DNA of 64,000 nt from assembly GCA_963837025.1 (NCBI GenBank), contig CAWILT010000002.1, positions 422,554 to 486,553 of the forward strand, given 5' to 3'. Below are positions 1 through 9,537 of this stretch, in pieces (the stretch's first letter is position 1; each line of letters opens with the position of its first letter). A program made the translations under genes and the position numbers. The notes under the pieces are model-generated. The model was not told where the DNA came from. It ran no database searches and worked only from the letters and a program-made list of their open reading frames with translations. Source of the DNA: an uncultured Alphaproteobacteria bacterium (GTDB lineage Bacteria > Pseudomonadota > Alphaproteobacteria > Rickettsiales > JALZUV01).

Positions 1-1
1 T

Positions 2-322
2 TCATCATCAGCTGACGATGGTGGCGTTGATAAAGACGAAGATTGGGGTGTTTCATTCCGTCCAGGTATGTCAATCATTACTGACGTAACGGGTGATCTC
101 GGTTTCAATCCTTATGGTATCTTGGGCTATCGCCGTACTGAATTTGAAGCTGCTGGCGCAAGCGAGCGTTATAACGGTTTCGAACTTGGTTTAGGTACTG
201 AGATTCTTGCTTTCGGTGATATCGGTGTTCGTGCTGATTATTCACACACGTTCTATGCTAGCGAAGGTGGTATTGACGTAGATTCTGATGATGTTCGCAT
301 CGGTGCTGCTTACCACTTCTAG
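2..322 (+). CDS. outer-membrane beta-barrel protein, C-terminal part (5' end lies outside the window)
   Basis: The frame is open from nt 2. It has alternating beta-strand-like Gly/Tyr/Asp-rich sequence ending ...RIGAAYHF, with the terminal Phe typical of OMP barrels. A hairpin terminator follows. Confidence 0.6.
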   Translation, partial: SSSADDGGVDKDEDWGVSFRPGMSIITDVTGDLGFNPYGILGYRRTEFEAAGASERYNGFELGLGTEILAFGDIGVRADYSHTFYASEGGIDVDSDDVRIGAAYHF

Positions 323-345
323 GTTTAGCAACATTCAATTTAAAA

Positions 346-373
346 AGAGGGCATGAAAATGCCCTCTTTTTTT
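346..373 (+). terminator. rho-independent terminator
   Basis: agagggcat-gaaa-atgccctct hairpin followed by a T7 run. Confidence 0.8.
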
Positions 374-497
374 ATGTTCACATTAATTACGTCTTAATGC
401 AGTTTTTATATTCTGCTATGAAACAGCCTCTCGCGCATTGATGCGCAATCTCATAAATTGAAGTTGTTAAAGAATACAACAATTTAAGGAGAAGATT

Positions 498-704
498 ATG
501 AACAGCGATATTATTAAAGGTAACTGGAAACAACTTAAAGGATCTGTACAAAAAACGTGGGGTGATCTTACCAATGATGAGATTGACCGTATTGAAGGTG
601 ATGCCACAAAGTTGTCAGGCATTATTCAAGAACGTTATGGCAAATCAAAAGATGAAGCTGAAAAAGAAGTTGATACGTGGCAGAAAAAGAATCACGCAGC
701 GTAA
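498..704 (+). CDS. csbD: CsbD-family general stress protein
   Basis: 68 aa with GNWKQLKG..K..WG.LT.D..D.I.G....L.G.IQERYG, the CsbD signature. AAGGAG Shine-Dalgarno lies 7 nt upstream. Confidence 0.85.
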   Translation: MNSDIIKGNWKQLKGSVQKTWGDLTNDEIDRIEGDATKLSGIIQERYGKSKDEAEKEVDTWQKKNHAA

Positions 705-730
705 TATTTAACATCTATTAAAATCTTAAA

Positions 731-768
731 AAGTCCCTCTTTCTAATGCTTAGAGGGACTTTTTTTTA
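731..768 (+). terminator. rho-independent terminator (A-run / T-run flanked, possibly bidirectional)
   Basis: aagtccctct ... agagggactt hairpin followed by a T8 run. It sits between csbD and the convergent tRNA. Confidence 0.75.
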
Positions 769-770
769 TA

Positions 771-847
771 TGGTGACCCCGACTGGATTCGAACCAGTGG
801 CCTACAGATTAGGAATCTATCGCTCTATCCACCTGAGCTACGGGATC
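771..847 (-). tRNA. tRNA-Arg (anticodon CCT), CCA encoded
   Basis: The reverse complement folds by hand into a cloverleaf: acceptor GATCCCG/CGGGGTC, D arm GCTC/GAGC, anticodon stem ATAGA/TCTGT with loop TTCCTAA, and T arm ACTGG-TTCGAAT-CCAGT. Confidence 0.9.
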
Positions 848-905
848 TCATTAGATTTCACACAACTGTAACACACATCATTGCGCGTTTTGATATAATC
901 AGCCT

Positions 906-1232
906 ATGAATAAAAAGCTATCAACTTGTTTATTAGTCGGCGCGGCTCTGGTTTTTACCAGTTGTCGACCACTTAGCTTGCAAATTATTGAGCCAGAAGG
1001 CCCAGCGGAGTATCAACTAGGCTGGCAAGATGGTTGTGATACGGGCTTATCAGCCGATAGCCCCATGTTCTATAAATTTATGTATGGTTTCAAAAAACGT
1101 CCTGAGATGGGCGCAAACGATCTTTACAAACAAGGTTGGAACGAAGGTTTTACCTATTGCCGCTTTACCTCGGGCGCAATTAGCTCATCAGGTGGTGAAG
1201 CCTCAAAAGGTATCTTTGGCGTATTCTACTAA
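906..1232 (+). CDS. small lipoprotein, unknown function
   Basis: Signal peptide with lipobox LVFTS-C (MNKKLSTCLLVGAALVFTSC). I recognise no family. Confidence 0.6.
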   Translation: MNKKLSTCLLVGAALVFTSCRPLSLQIIEPEGPAEYQLGWQDGCDTGLSADSPMFYKFMYGFKKRPEMGANDLYKQGWNEGFTYCRFTSGAISSSGGEASKGIFGVFY

Positions 1233-1235
1233 AAT

Positions 1236-3146
1236 CTAAAGTGATTCATGTGGTTCAGCATGCGTAATTTTGCGCAGCTTATAAGCAATTGAAAATGATT
1301 TTGACATACTAAAAACAAAGAAAATTAACGGAATTATCATTATTGCCCCCATTATAATCAGCTCTACCGTTGATAATTCACTACTATCGATTTGCGAGAA
1401 TACATTTTGCAAAATGAAAGCCAGAAAAAAGCATAGTAGGGTCCAACTAATTCCAAAAAACATGAATAATTTTCCCGATTTTTTAAATATATTTGCCAGT
1501 TCACCATCGATTGCAGGTGTTGATTGATTGGCAATCTGCATTTTATCGGCCTGGCTTTGACGATGCAACGCTTCGCGCTGAGCGTTTAAGTCGCGTTCGC
1601 GTTTCTCAAGTTCATCCCGAATTTGATTAAGTTTTTGCATCTCACTTGAGAAACTCTCACGTTCCGATTGCATAAATTGTGCATGTGCATCATTTGAAAT
1701 ATCAAAAGCTTGCGAAAAATCTGTCGCATTAAGATTCACATGTGCCATCTGCGCATCTTTAAAATTGGCTTGCTCGACTTTAGCGCCAGCAAAATTAACT
1801 GCATTTAACTGACTTTCACGAAATATAGCATGGGTTAAATCACTGTTTGAAAAATCAGATTCATTAAGTTGTGCACCTCTAAAATTAGCATTATTAGCGA
1901 AACTTGATGTAAAATTTGAATGATTTAAAACCGCGTCGCGCGCATTGAATTTTTCTAATTTACTATGACTGAAATTTGTATTTTCGGCCTGAACACCTGA
2001 AAAATTTACCTCAGACATTTGTGCATTATCAAACTCAGCATGGGTGAATGTAGCATTGCTAAAATTAGCTAAATCAAGATAAGTATTACTGAATATTGGG
2101 CGCTCAAGAACCGCTTCACTGAAATCAACTTCATTAAGTTGCGCACCGGTAAAATTACATTGCACAATTTGCAAACCGCGCATAGAAGCACCCGATAAGC
2201 GCTGCTGCACAAAATTTACCCCCTGTAGATTTTCACGAAACACAGCGCGTCTACCTTCAGCGCCGGCACTATCCAGCCACTTTTGATGCTCCGCAATCAG
2301 GCTAGCTGTATTATCTTGCGGTGGTTGCGATTTGTGAAGCGCTTCATCTGCGAATGATTGGGTAACGATAAGTGGTGTTGCTTCAGGTGCTTGCGCTATC
2401 TCTTCAACTGCTTGGGGTGTGTTGGATGTTTGATTATCTAATGTAAATTCAACAGCTGGTGGTGCAATTTCAATTTTTGCAGCATTCGAATCGGTCAATG
2501 GTTGTTTGATTGTTTCATCATTGAGCGAAAGACCTTCAACGGCCGGCAATTTTTCATAAATCTTAGGGCTGCTAGTTTGTGATGATTCGGGTTCGCTATC
2601 GGCTTGCGTTTCTGATGCATTATCGGCGTTCGATGTTGCCTGTGATGAGGCTTTAAATGGCTCTTCTAAATCCATCATGAAAGGGTTAGAGCTACTTGAT
2701 GCAGGAGCTTGTGGTTGTGCTGCGGCAGGTGCAATTTCTTCATTAGAGCGTTGAAAGTTTGCGTCTACAATCGCATTGGATGCCTCATTATGCGAAACTT
2801 CAGGCGTATCTTGTGTTTCATTTGGATTCACCTGCTCAGAAGAGACGCGCGCTTCGGGTGTTACCAATTCAAATGCATCACTGCTAAATGTTTTTGCGCT
2901 AGCATCATGTGCAGTTTCAAAGGGTTTTAAATAACTATCTTTAGAAGGCAAAGGGCTTGCCATCATTGATTTTTGAATATCATCCGACAAATCGGTAGCC
3001 GCAGGTTGCTCTGGCAATTCGGCTTGTGCCTGCTGCGAAGAAGATGCATGTTGTTCGCTATCTTTCACCCTTTCATTTGTATTATTTTCATCAGCAGACT
3101 GCTGCGATGGGTTGGGATTTTGTTTACCAAATAAAGAATCGTTCAT
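1236..3146 (-). CDS. pentapeptide-repeat protein with a disordered acidic N-terminus, a coiled coil and a C-terminal 2-TM anchor
   Basis: About 190 aa of A(D/N)LxX-type repeats (NFTGAQLNEVDFSEAVL...ANFRGAQLNESDFSNSDLTHAIF...). The N-terminal ~290 aa are a low-complexity S/Q/E/A/P region. The C-terminus has FMFFGISWTLLCFFLAFIL and LIIMGAIMIIPLIFFVF helices. Confidence 0.8.
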   Translation of the reverse strand: MNDSLFGKQNPNPSQQSADENNTNERVKDSEQHASSSQQAQAELPEQPAATDLSDDIQKSMMASPLPSKDSYLKPFETAHDASAKTFSSDAFELVTPEARVSSEQVNPNETQDTPEVSHNEASNAIVDANFQRSNEEIAPAAAQPQAPASSSSNPFMMDLEEPFKASSQATSNADNASETQADSEPESSQTSSPKIYEKLPAVEGLSLNDETIKQPLTDSNAAKIEIAPPAVEFTLDNQTSNTPQAVEEIAQAPEATPLIVTQSFADEALHKSQPPQDNTASLIAEHQKWLDSAGAEGRRAVFRENLQGVNFVQQRLSGASMRGLQIVQCNFTGAQLNEVDFSEAVLERPIFSNTYLDLANFSNATFTHAEFDNAQMSEVNFSGVQAENTNFSHSKLEKFNARDAVLNHSNFTSSFANNANFRGAQLNESDFSNSDLTHAIFRESQLNAVNFAGAKVEQANFKDAQMAHVNLNATDFSQAFDISNDAHAQFMQSERESFSSEMQKLNQIRDELEKRERDLNAQREALHRQSQADKMQIANQSTPAIDGELANIFKKSGKLFMFFGISWTLLCFFLAFILQNVFSQIDSSELSTVELIIMGAIMIIPLIFFVFSMSKSFSIAYKLRKITHAEPHESL

Positions 3147-3223
3147 GACGAGTCGCCCTGCTTTATGTTAGAATTTTGTTTCATTATTTAATTAGCGTGA
3201 AAAAGCTGATACAGCAAGAATAG

Positions 3224-3946
3224 ATGCAAATTTTAACCCAAAGCTTAAACCTTTTATTTCCACCGCAATGTGGATTATGTCGCGATGTGATAGCCAATAG
3301 TGGCGGCATTTGTTCCAGCTGCTGGGCAAAATTAAATTTTATCACCGCGCCCTTTTGCCGCCTTTGCGGATATCCTCATGAGTATGACATGGGTGATTCA
3401 GCCCAATGTGCAGCGTGCTTAGCCAATAACCCAAATTATCATGGGCACCGATCAGTTTTGCATTATGATGCGTATTCCAAACGGTTGGTTCATGATTTAA
3501 AATATTACGATAAGCCGCTTATGGTTAAACAATTGGCCGCGATGATGCGCAACACGGCACCCGAATGGTTGCAAAAAGAGGGTGCCATCATTGTACCTAT
3601 TCCTATCCACCGCTATAGAATGCTAAAACGTAAATATAATCAGTCTGCCTTATTGGCCAAAGCATTGGCCAAGCAGTCAGCACTTCCTTTAGCGCTTGAT
3701 GCATTGCGGCGCACCAAACATCGGCCGCCGCAAGCCAGTTTAACGCGCAAGCAGCGCCTAAAGAATTTAAGCAGTGCGTTTGAAGTAAATACTCGGAAAA
3801 TTGAGATTATTAAGGCGCGACCTATTATCTTGATTGATGATGTGCTTACCACAGGTGCCACCTTAAACGCTTGCGCAAAAGCCTTACAAACTGCAGGTTC
3901 TGGCCGCGTTTATTGCTTAACAATCGCACGCACGGTATTACATTAG
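3224..3946 (+). CDS. comF: ComF-family phosphoribosyltransferase-like protein
   Basis: N-terminal Cys clusters (CGLC...CSSC...CRLCG...C..C) and a C-terminal PRTase motif ILIDDVLTTGATL. Confidence 0.8.
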   Translation: MQILTQSLNLLFPPQCGLCRDVIANSGGICSSCWAKLNFITAPFCRLCGYPHEYDMGDSAQCAACLANNPNYHGHRSVLHYDAYSKRLVHDLKYYDKPLMVKQLAAMMRNTAPEWLQKEGAIIVPIPIHRYRMLKRKYNQSALLAKALAKQSALPLALDALRRTKHRPPQASLTRKQRLKNLSSAFEVNTRKIEIIKARPIILIDDVLTTGATLNACAKALQTAGSGRVYCLTIARTVLH

Positions 3947-3990
3947 TTTCACTTGCATCAGAGGCTAAACTAGCTAAAAATGCGCGGCTT

Positions 3991-5226
3991 ATGAGTTACC
4001 ATCTCACCACATGTTCAAACGGTTTGCGGATTGCTAGCGAGAGCTTACCTTCAGTTGAAACTGCCACCATTTGCTTTTCATTCAATGCCGGCGCGCGGCA
4101 CGAAACGGCTCAACAACATGGACTGGCACATCTGCTCGAACATATGGCATTTAAAGGCACAGCCAAGCGCAATGCCCGCCAGATAGCTGAAGCGTTCGAC
4201 GATATTGGAGGTGCAGTGAATGCCTATACCAGTATGGAAAAAACAGTCTATTATGCGCGGGTTTTAAAAGAGGATGTGCCCTTAGCAGTTGAAATTTTGG
4301 CAGATATTTTGCGCAATTCTACCTATGATGTGGAAGAACTTAAACGCGAGCAAGAGGTTATTGTTCAAGAGATTGGCATGCAGCTCGATACGCCTGAAGA
4401 TTTAGTGTTCGACAATTTGCATGAGCTTATCTATGGCAAACATCCGCTAGGATTATCCATATTAGGAACCGCCGAATCTGTTCGCGGGTTTACCCCGGAT
4501 GATTTGCGCCAATTTACGGATGCACATTACCATGCGCCAAGCTGCGTTATCTCAGCCGCAGGAAATATTGAGCATGATAGGTTAGTTAATTTAATAGACG
4601 AGCATTTTAGCGGCATTACCGATAAGCCCGCAATCGCACAAGCAAAACCCGTTTTTCAAGCAGGGCTACGCCACGATGTGCGGGATGATTTAGAGCAAAC
4701 ACAAGTGATGATGGCGTTTGAAGCCTTTACTCCGCATAATAAATTTTATTATCCGTCGCAATTATTATCCACTCTATTTGGCGGCGGAATGTCGTCACGT
4801 TTATTTCAGGAAGTGCGCGAAAATCGTGGGCTAGCTTATAGCGTTTCGGCTTTTTTAACGAGCTATAATGATGGTGGAATATTAGGTATCTACGCCGCCA
4901 CTTCCGCCCATCAACGCGATGAATTAATTGGGGTGTTACAAACAGAAGCGCAAAAACTTTTAAATGGTATTACCGAGCAAGAATTTAATCGTGCCAAAAA
5001 TCAACAAAAAGCGGCATTGCTTATGCGCCGCGAAAGCGTTACTGCGGTAGCAGAATGGATTGGCCGCCATCTACAAGATTATAATGAATATCGCGATGGC
5101 CATCAGATGGCCAAGCGCATAAATAATATTAAATTGGAAGATGTTCAACAGACCGCACAGCATATTTTTGCAACTAAAAAACATGCCATTGTTACTTTAG
5201 GCCCTAACCCAAAAACCAAATCCTAG
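3991..5226 (+). CDS. M16-family zinc peptidase (pitrilysin-like)
   Basis: HxxEH zinc motif ([14 protein letters not shown]) and typical M16 N- and C-domains. The ATG at 3991 is chosen because the longer ORF from 3871 overlaps comF. Confidence 0.85.
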   Translation: MSYHLTTCSNGLRIASESLPSVETATICFSFNAGARHETAQQHGLAHLLEHMAFKGTAKRNARQIAEAFDDIGGAVNAYTSMEKTVYYARVLKEDVPLAVEILADILRNSTYDVEELKREQEVIVQEIGMQLDTPEDLVFDNLHELIYGKHPLGLSILGTAESVRGFTPDDLRQFTDAHYHAPSCVISAAGNIEHDRLVNLIDEHFSGITDKPAIAQAKPVFQAGLRHDVRDDLEQTQVMMAFEAFTPHNKFYYPSQLLSTLFGGGMSSRLFQEVRENRGLAYSVSAFLTSYNDGGILGIYAATSAHQRDELIGVLQTEAQKLLNGITEQEFNRAKNQQKAALLMRRESVTAVAEWIGRHLQDYNEYRDGHQMAKRINNIKLEDVQQTAQHIFATKKHAIVTLGPNPKTKS

Positions 5227-6341
5227 CGGCCTTCAAAATCGATACGCGGGTCAACCATCACATACGTTAAATCGCCAATTAATTTAAAGATGAGGCTTAA
5301 TAAAGTCATCACAAATAAGGTGCCAAACACCACAGGATAATCACGGCTGATAGCGGCCTCAAACCCCAATAAACCTAGCCCATCCAGTGAAAATATAATT
5401 TCAATTAAGAGCGATCCGGTAAATAAAATACTTAATATCGCAGCGGGAAAACCCGCAATCACAATAAGCATCGCATTACGAAAAACATGTTTTATCAGCA
5501 CCTGCTTTTCGCTCAAACCTTTCGCGCGTGCTGTTAGCACATATTGCTTATTTATTTCATCCATAAATGAATTTTTAGTGAGCATGGTCAGGCTGGCAAA
5601 ACCAGATATGACCATCGCAATAACGGGCAAGGTAATGTGCCATAAATAATCTGCAATTTTAGCAGGCCAACTTAAACTTTCCCAATTTTCAGACACCAAT
5701 CCGCGTAGTGGAAATATCTGCCAATATTCTCCTCCGGCAAAAACGATAATCAATAAAATAGCGAATAAAAATGAGGGGATAGCATAGCCAATAATAATCA
5801 ACCCGCTTGACCAGATATCAAACGCCGACCCATCACGAACCGCCTTTAAAATGCCAAGCGGAATCGAAATTAAATAGACGAATAAAGTTGTCCAAAGCCC
5901 TAAAGAAATGGAGACGGGCATTTTCTCTAAAATCAAATCAAGCACGGGAACATCGCGATAAAAACTATCGCCAAAATCGAATGTTATATAATCGCCTAGC
6001 ATCATCCAAAAGCGTTCGCTTGCTGGTTTGTCAAAACCATATTGTTTCTCAAGTTCCTTTATAAAATCAGGATCAAGCCCCTGCGCTCCGCGATAGCTCG
6101 ATTGTGTAATTTGGCGTTGCGCAGCGGATAGGTTGGCTTGCTGACCCGAAACCCCCATATCACCCCCGCCGCCCGCACCCGCTATTCGGCTAGATGCCCC
6201 AGTGGCAGTGCCTTTAACTTTAGCAATTGCTTGTTCTACTGGCCCGCCCGGTGCCGCTTGGATGATGGCAAAATTAAGCAACATAATGCCAAATAAGGTT
6301 GGAATAATCAGAAGCAAACGCTTTAAAATATAGCTTTGCAT
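5223..6341 (-). CDS. yejB: ABC transporter permease, YejB (microcin C / oligopeptide) type
   Basis: N-terminus [34 protein letters not shown]. It has the long YejB-type periplasmic insert and the DppB/OppB-like EAA region ([18 protein letters not shown]). Confidence 0.8.
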   Translation of the reverse strand: MQSYILKRLLLIIPTLFGIMLLNFAIIQAAPGGPVEQAIAKVKGTATGASSRIAGAGGGGDMGVSGQQANLSAAQRQITQSSYRGAQGLDPDFIKELEKQYGFDKPASERFWMMLGDYITFDFGDSFYRDVPVLDLILEKMPVSISLGLWTTLFVYLISIPLGILKAVRDGSAFDIWSSGLIIIGYAIPSFLFAILLIIVFAGGEYWQIFPLRGLVSENWESLSWPAKIADYLWHITLPVIAMVISGFASLTMLTKNSFMDEINKQYVLTARAKGLSEKQVLIKHVFRNAMLIVIAGFPAAILSILFTGSLLIEIIFSLDGLGLLGFEAAISRDYPVVFGTLFVMTLLSLIFKLIGDLTYVMVDPRIDFEGR

Positions 6342-7595
6342 TTAAAAATTCTCGCGGAACCAGCGCATAAAATGCCTAAATGATTTGAGGCTATAACCCG
6401 TAGGTCGGCGATGCATCCAACTATAGCGACCATTCATTAAATTGGTGTAAAGCAGCATACCAATCGGTGTTGCAAATGCCGGGCCAGATGTGGCATCAGC
6501 CAACCCTTCAATCGATTGCGGGCTGGCGAGACGCACTTGTTTATTGAACATTTTTCCCGCTAATTCGGCCACGCCTAAAAGCTGGCTTCCGCCACCCGTT
6601 AATACTAATCGATTTCCTGATAATTTACCAATATTGGCGCGGTTCAGTGCTTCACGCGTGAGCTCAAAAACCTCTTCAACCCGTGGGCGAATAATACGGT
6701 TTAAATGGCTTCGTTTTTCTTGCGTTGCTTCATCTTCGCTCTCAGCTCCAATAGGATAAATATCCAGCATCACGCCATCGTCGGCGGGTGATACAATCGC
6801 GCTGCCATTCACCGTTTTTAAACGCTCCGCATGCTGAATACTGGTGCTCAACCCTTGTGCAATATCTTGTGTAATATGATGGCTACCAATCGCAATCGAA
6901 CCGGTATGAATTAATTCGCCATGTGCAAATACAGCGTATCCTGTGGTAAACGCCCCCATATCAATCACGGTGACGCCTAATTCTTTTTCGTCTTTTTCCA
7001 AACACGCTAGAGCCGAAGCGTAAGCACTAGCCACATAACCTTCTACCTCTAAATGACATTGCCCTAAACAATGAGTTAGGTTACGTAGCAGCTTCGTAGG
7101 GGCGGTAACAATCACCAAATCCACTGTTAATTTATCGCCCACCATATCAAGCGGATCGCGAATGGTGCGCTCGCCATTTAAATCATATTGAAAGGGCAGA
7201 ATATGCAAAATTGTTTCATCTTCGCTCACTGTTTGAGCGGCTTCAGCTAACAATTCCTGCAAATCGCGTTCACTAATTGGCTCGCCTGAAAGGTTTAAAT
7301 CTACTGTGCAATGACGCGATCGAATATGCGGCAGGGTCAACCCAACCCACACTTTATCAACCTGCAAATCGGCCATATCTTCGGCACTACTAATAGCGGT
7401 GACCACACTGGCGCGCACCTCTGCCGCGTCGGTAATTATCCCCCCACGCAGGCCTTTGGAAAGCATATGTCCCACACCTAACACCTGCGCTTCGCCTTTG
7501 CTATCAATCTCGGCTAAAAAGCACACGCTTTTATTGCTGCCAATATCCAGCACGGCCACATGGTTGGTGCGTGGTTTACGTTTTGTCATTGTCAT
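6342..7595 (-). CDS. ftsA: cell division protein FtsA
   Basis: Actin-like ATPase motifs (VLDIGSNK..., IDMGAFTT, LTGGGSQL). It follows ftsQ. Confidence 0.9.
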   Translation of the reverse strand: MTMTKRKPRTNHVAVLDIGSNKSVCFLAEIDSKGEAQVLGVGHMLSKGLRGGIITDAAEVRASVVTAISSAEDMADLQVDKVWVGLTLPHIRSRHCTVDLNLSGEPISERDLQELLAEAAQTVSEDETILHILPFQYDLNGERTIRDPLDMVGDKLTVDLVIVTAPTKLLRNLTHCLGQCHLEVEGYVASAYASALACLEKDEKELGVTVIDMGAFTTGYAVFAHGELIHTGSIAIGSHHITQDIAQGLSTSIQHAERLKTVNGSAIVSPADDGVMLDIYPIGAESEDEATQEKRSHLNRIIRPRVEEVFELTREALNRANIGKLSGNRLVLTGGGSQLLGVAELAGKMFNKQVRLASPQSIEGLADATSGPAFATPIGMLLYTNLMNGRYSWMHRRPTGYSLKSFRHFMRWFRENF

Positions 7596-8461
7596 AATTG
7601 TTGCGATGCCTGTTGAACCAGTTTGATTTTAGGGCGAATAAACATGCGCTCGGGCACGCGTAAATCAATGGAGCTAATATCGGTTCCCGCCAGTGGTTGT
7701 GATTTTTGCAGCGCCTCTAATTGAACCAATGCGTTTTCTGGGTTCACCTCAGGCAATTTAATTTCAATACCATTAGCTAGCCAAATATTCCATCGACGTT
7801 GCCCTACATACACGGCTGAATCAAAGCTCTCTTTAACCTTTGGCGCCGATTTTAATAATTCCATCAAACTCAAGAAATTTTCAGGCGCTTGGCTACCCAC
7901 TAATAGCGGCAAATGATTATGCTTTACCGGATCACCATCGCCCATCAAAACCCCTTCATCATCAACTACAAATAATTGGTCTTTATCTTGCCATAATGCC
8001 GCAGCATAGCGCTCGCTGATTATGATATGCAAATCTCGCGGTAATTGACGGTTAATTACCACATGCCGAATTTGGGGAAGCGATTCGAGTTTCTCGCGTA
8101 ATTCAGGCAATGATACCTGTAAAATAGGTTGCCCAAACACCAAATCGCTGTGATGCAAAATGGCTTGTTTGCTTAGCTTATCATGCCCTGAAAGATAAAC
8201 GTTCGTAAGTTTAAAACCGACCTCTTTGGTTTGGTTGTAAAAGGCATTAACCGTTTGGTTTTTCCACATAGTGGCGGTGCCGCTCATAAATACCCAAATA
8301 AATGCAATTAGGGTAATGCCGCCTAAGCTACCAAATACAATCCATTTGGCGCCATAGCCAAATTTTTCGCGCCGCTTGCGTGTGGCGCGGCTACGCGATG
8401 CTCGCTCAAATTGACCCGCCCGCGTGGATGGTTTCGATTTTCCCATGATGATAATCTTCAT
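7592..8461 (-). CDS. ftsQ: cell division protein FtsQ
   Basis: Basic N-terminus, a single TM helix (WIVFGSLGGITLIAFIWVF) and POTRA/FtsQ-type periplasmic domains. It lies between ddl and ftsA. The start is uncertain (8461 or 8446). Confidence 0.8.
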   Translation of the reverse strand: MKIIIMGKSKPSTRAGQFERASRSRATRKRREKFGYGAKWIVFGSLGGITLIAFIWVFMSGTATMWKNQTVNAFYNQTKEVGFKLTNVYLSGHDKLSKQAILHHSDLVFGQPILQVSLPELREKLESLPQIRHVVINRQLPRDLHIIISERYAAALWQDKDQLFVVDDEGVLMGDGDPVKHNHLPLLVGSQAPENFLSLMELLKSAPKVKESFDSAVYVGQRRWNIWLANGIEIKLPEVNPENALVQLEALQKSQPLAGTDISSIDLRVPERMFIRPKIKLVQQASQQL

Positions 8462-9425
8462 CTGTTTGTTTTATTGTTTTTGGCGCATCCAAATCGTTAT
8501 CCAGTTGTGCGCTTTGCACTAAGCGTTGCACCAGCTCATTAAAGGAAATTCCTTGATGAGCAGCAATCTCAGGCGCAAGCGACAAAGGAGTCATCCCCGG
8601 TTGCGTATTAATTTCTAACAGATAAAATCGGCTTTGACCAGATTTGTACGCCAATTTATCGCTGGTATCATACCGAAAGTCACTACGAGTGAGGCCGCGA
8701 CAACCCAATGCCGCATGTGCTTTCACCGCAAGCGCGCACACTTCCTGATAATCATGGGCATCCAAAGGAGCGGGCATAATATGCGTGGCTTTGCCATCGG
8801 TATATTTGGCTTCATAATCGTAAAACCCACCCTGCGTGGTAATTTCAATGGCACCCAGCGCCTGACCATCCAGTACCGCCACCTGAATTTCGCGCCCAGG
8901 GATATAGGGCTCAATCAACACCTCATTACCAAATGGCCAGTTTTGTGCGGTGTAATGTGTGTTCGAATCCTCATGAATAATTTCAACACCAACGCTCGAG
9001 CCTTCATTAATAGGCTTCACCACAAACGGCCGCGCAATAGGCTCGCCAGCAAAAATCTGCTCTTTAGAATAAATTCCACCGGTCGGGCATTGCAAACCCG
9101 CGGCTTCAAATAACGTTTTAGCGGTGGGCTTATGCATAGCGGTAGCCGATGCCATTACACCTGAATGCGTATAAGGAATTTTCAACATCTCAAGCAGGCC
9201 TTGCACGCATCCATCTTCACCCCAGCGGCCATGCAGTGCATTAAACACAACATCGGGCTTTGCAGCGATTAGCGTTGCGGCCACATCATCTGCGGCATCG
9301 ATCAAACTCACGCTGTAGCCTAATTGTTCCAGCGCTTTAGCGACAGCCTTGCCAGAGGTTAGCGATACGTCGCGTTCAGCTGACCAGCCGCCATAAAGCA
9401 CGGCAATCGTTTTAGATGTATTCAT
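8406..9425 (-). CDS. ddl: D-alanine--D-alanine ligase
   Basis: ATP-grasp Ddl motifs (VLYGG.S.E..VSL.SG, HG..GEDG..QG, EINT.PGMT). Confidence 0.9.
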   Translation of the reverse strand: MNTSKTIAVLYGGWSAERDVSLTSGKAVAKALEQLGYSVSLIDAADDVAATLIAAKPDVVFNALHGRWGEDGCVQGLLEMLKIPYTHSGVMASATAMHKPTAKTLFEAAGLQCPTGGIYSKEQIFAGEPIARPFVVKPINEGSSVGVEIIHEDSNTHYTAQNWPFGNEVLIEPYIPGREIQVAVLDGQALGAIEITTQGGFYDYEAKYTDGKATHIMPAPLDAHDYQEVCALAVKAHAALGCRGLTRSDFRYDTSDKLAYKSGQSRFYLLEINTQPGMTPLSLAPEIAAHQGISFNELVQRLVQSAQLDNDLDAPKTIKQTDEDYHHGKIETIHAGGSI

Positions 9426-9537
9426 TTGACTATCTTTAACCCGCCCAAACGTTTGATGCTATGAAAAATTTCTTCCAATCAATGCTTGACCCATCCACCT
9501 GCTTCGCCTAATTTCCCAAAAATTCCACGGAGCCTCA

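Noticed and set aside
3871-3990. The long form of the M16 peptidase ORF, starting at 3871.
   Set aside because: It would overlap the 3' end of comF by 76 nt, and the extra 40 aa are not peptidase-like. The ATG at 3991 gives a normal M16 N-terminus.
7578-7600. TGTCATTGTCAT at the ftsA start, considered as another Pho box.
   Set aside because: The two hexamers are directly adjacent (6-bp period) rather than 11 bp apart. They lie inside the ftsQ/ftsA coding overlap, and no -10 follows at the right distance.
8634-9113. A 159-aa plus-strand ORF, and similar long shadow ORFs (13216..13713, 20132..20560, 27400..27780, 43566..44054, 55459..55851, 55918..56313, 57974..58381).
   Set aside because: All lie antisense within confidently identified genes. 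They have R/S/C/P-rich, low-plausibility sequences and no upstream signals.
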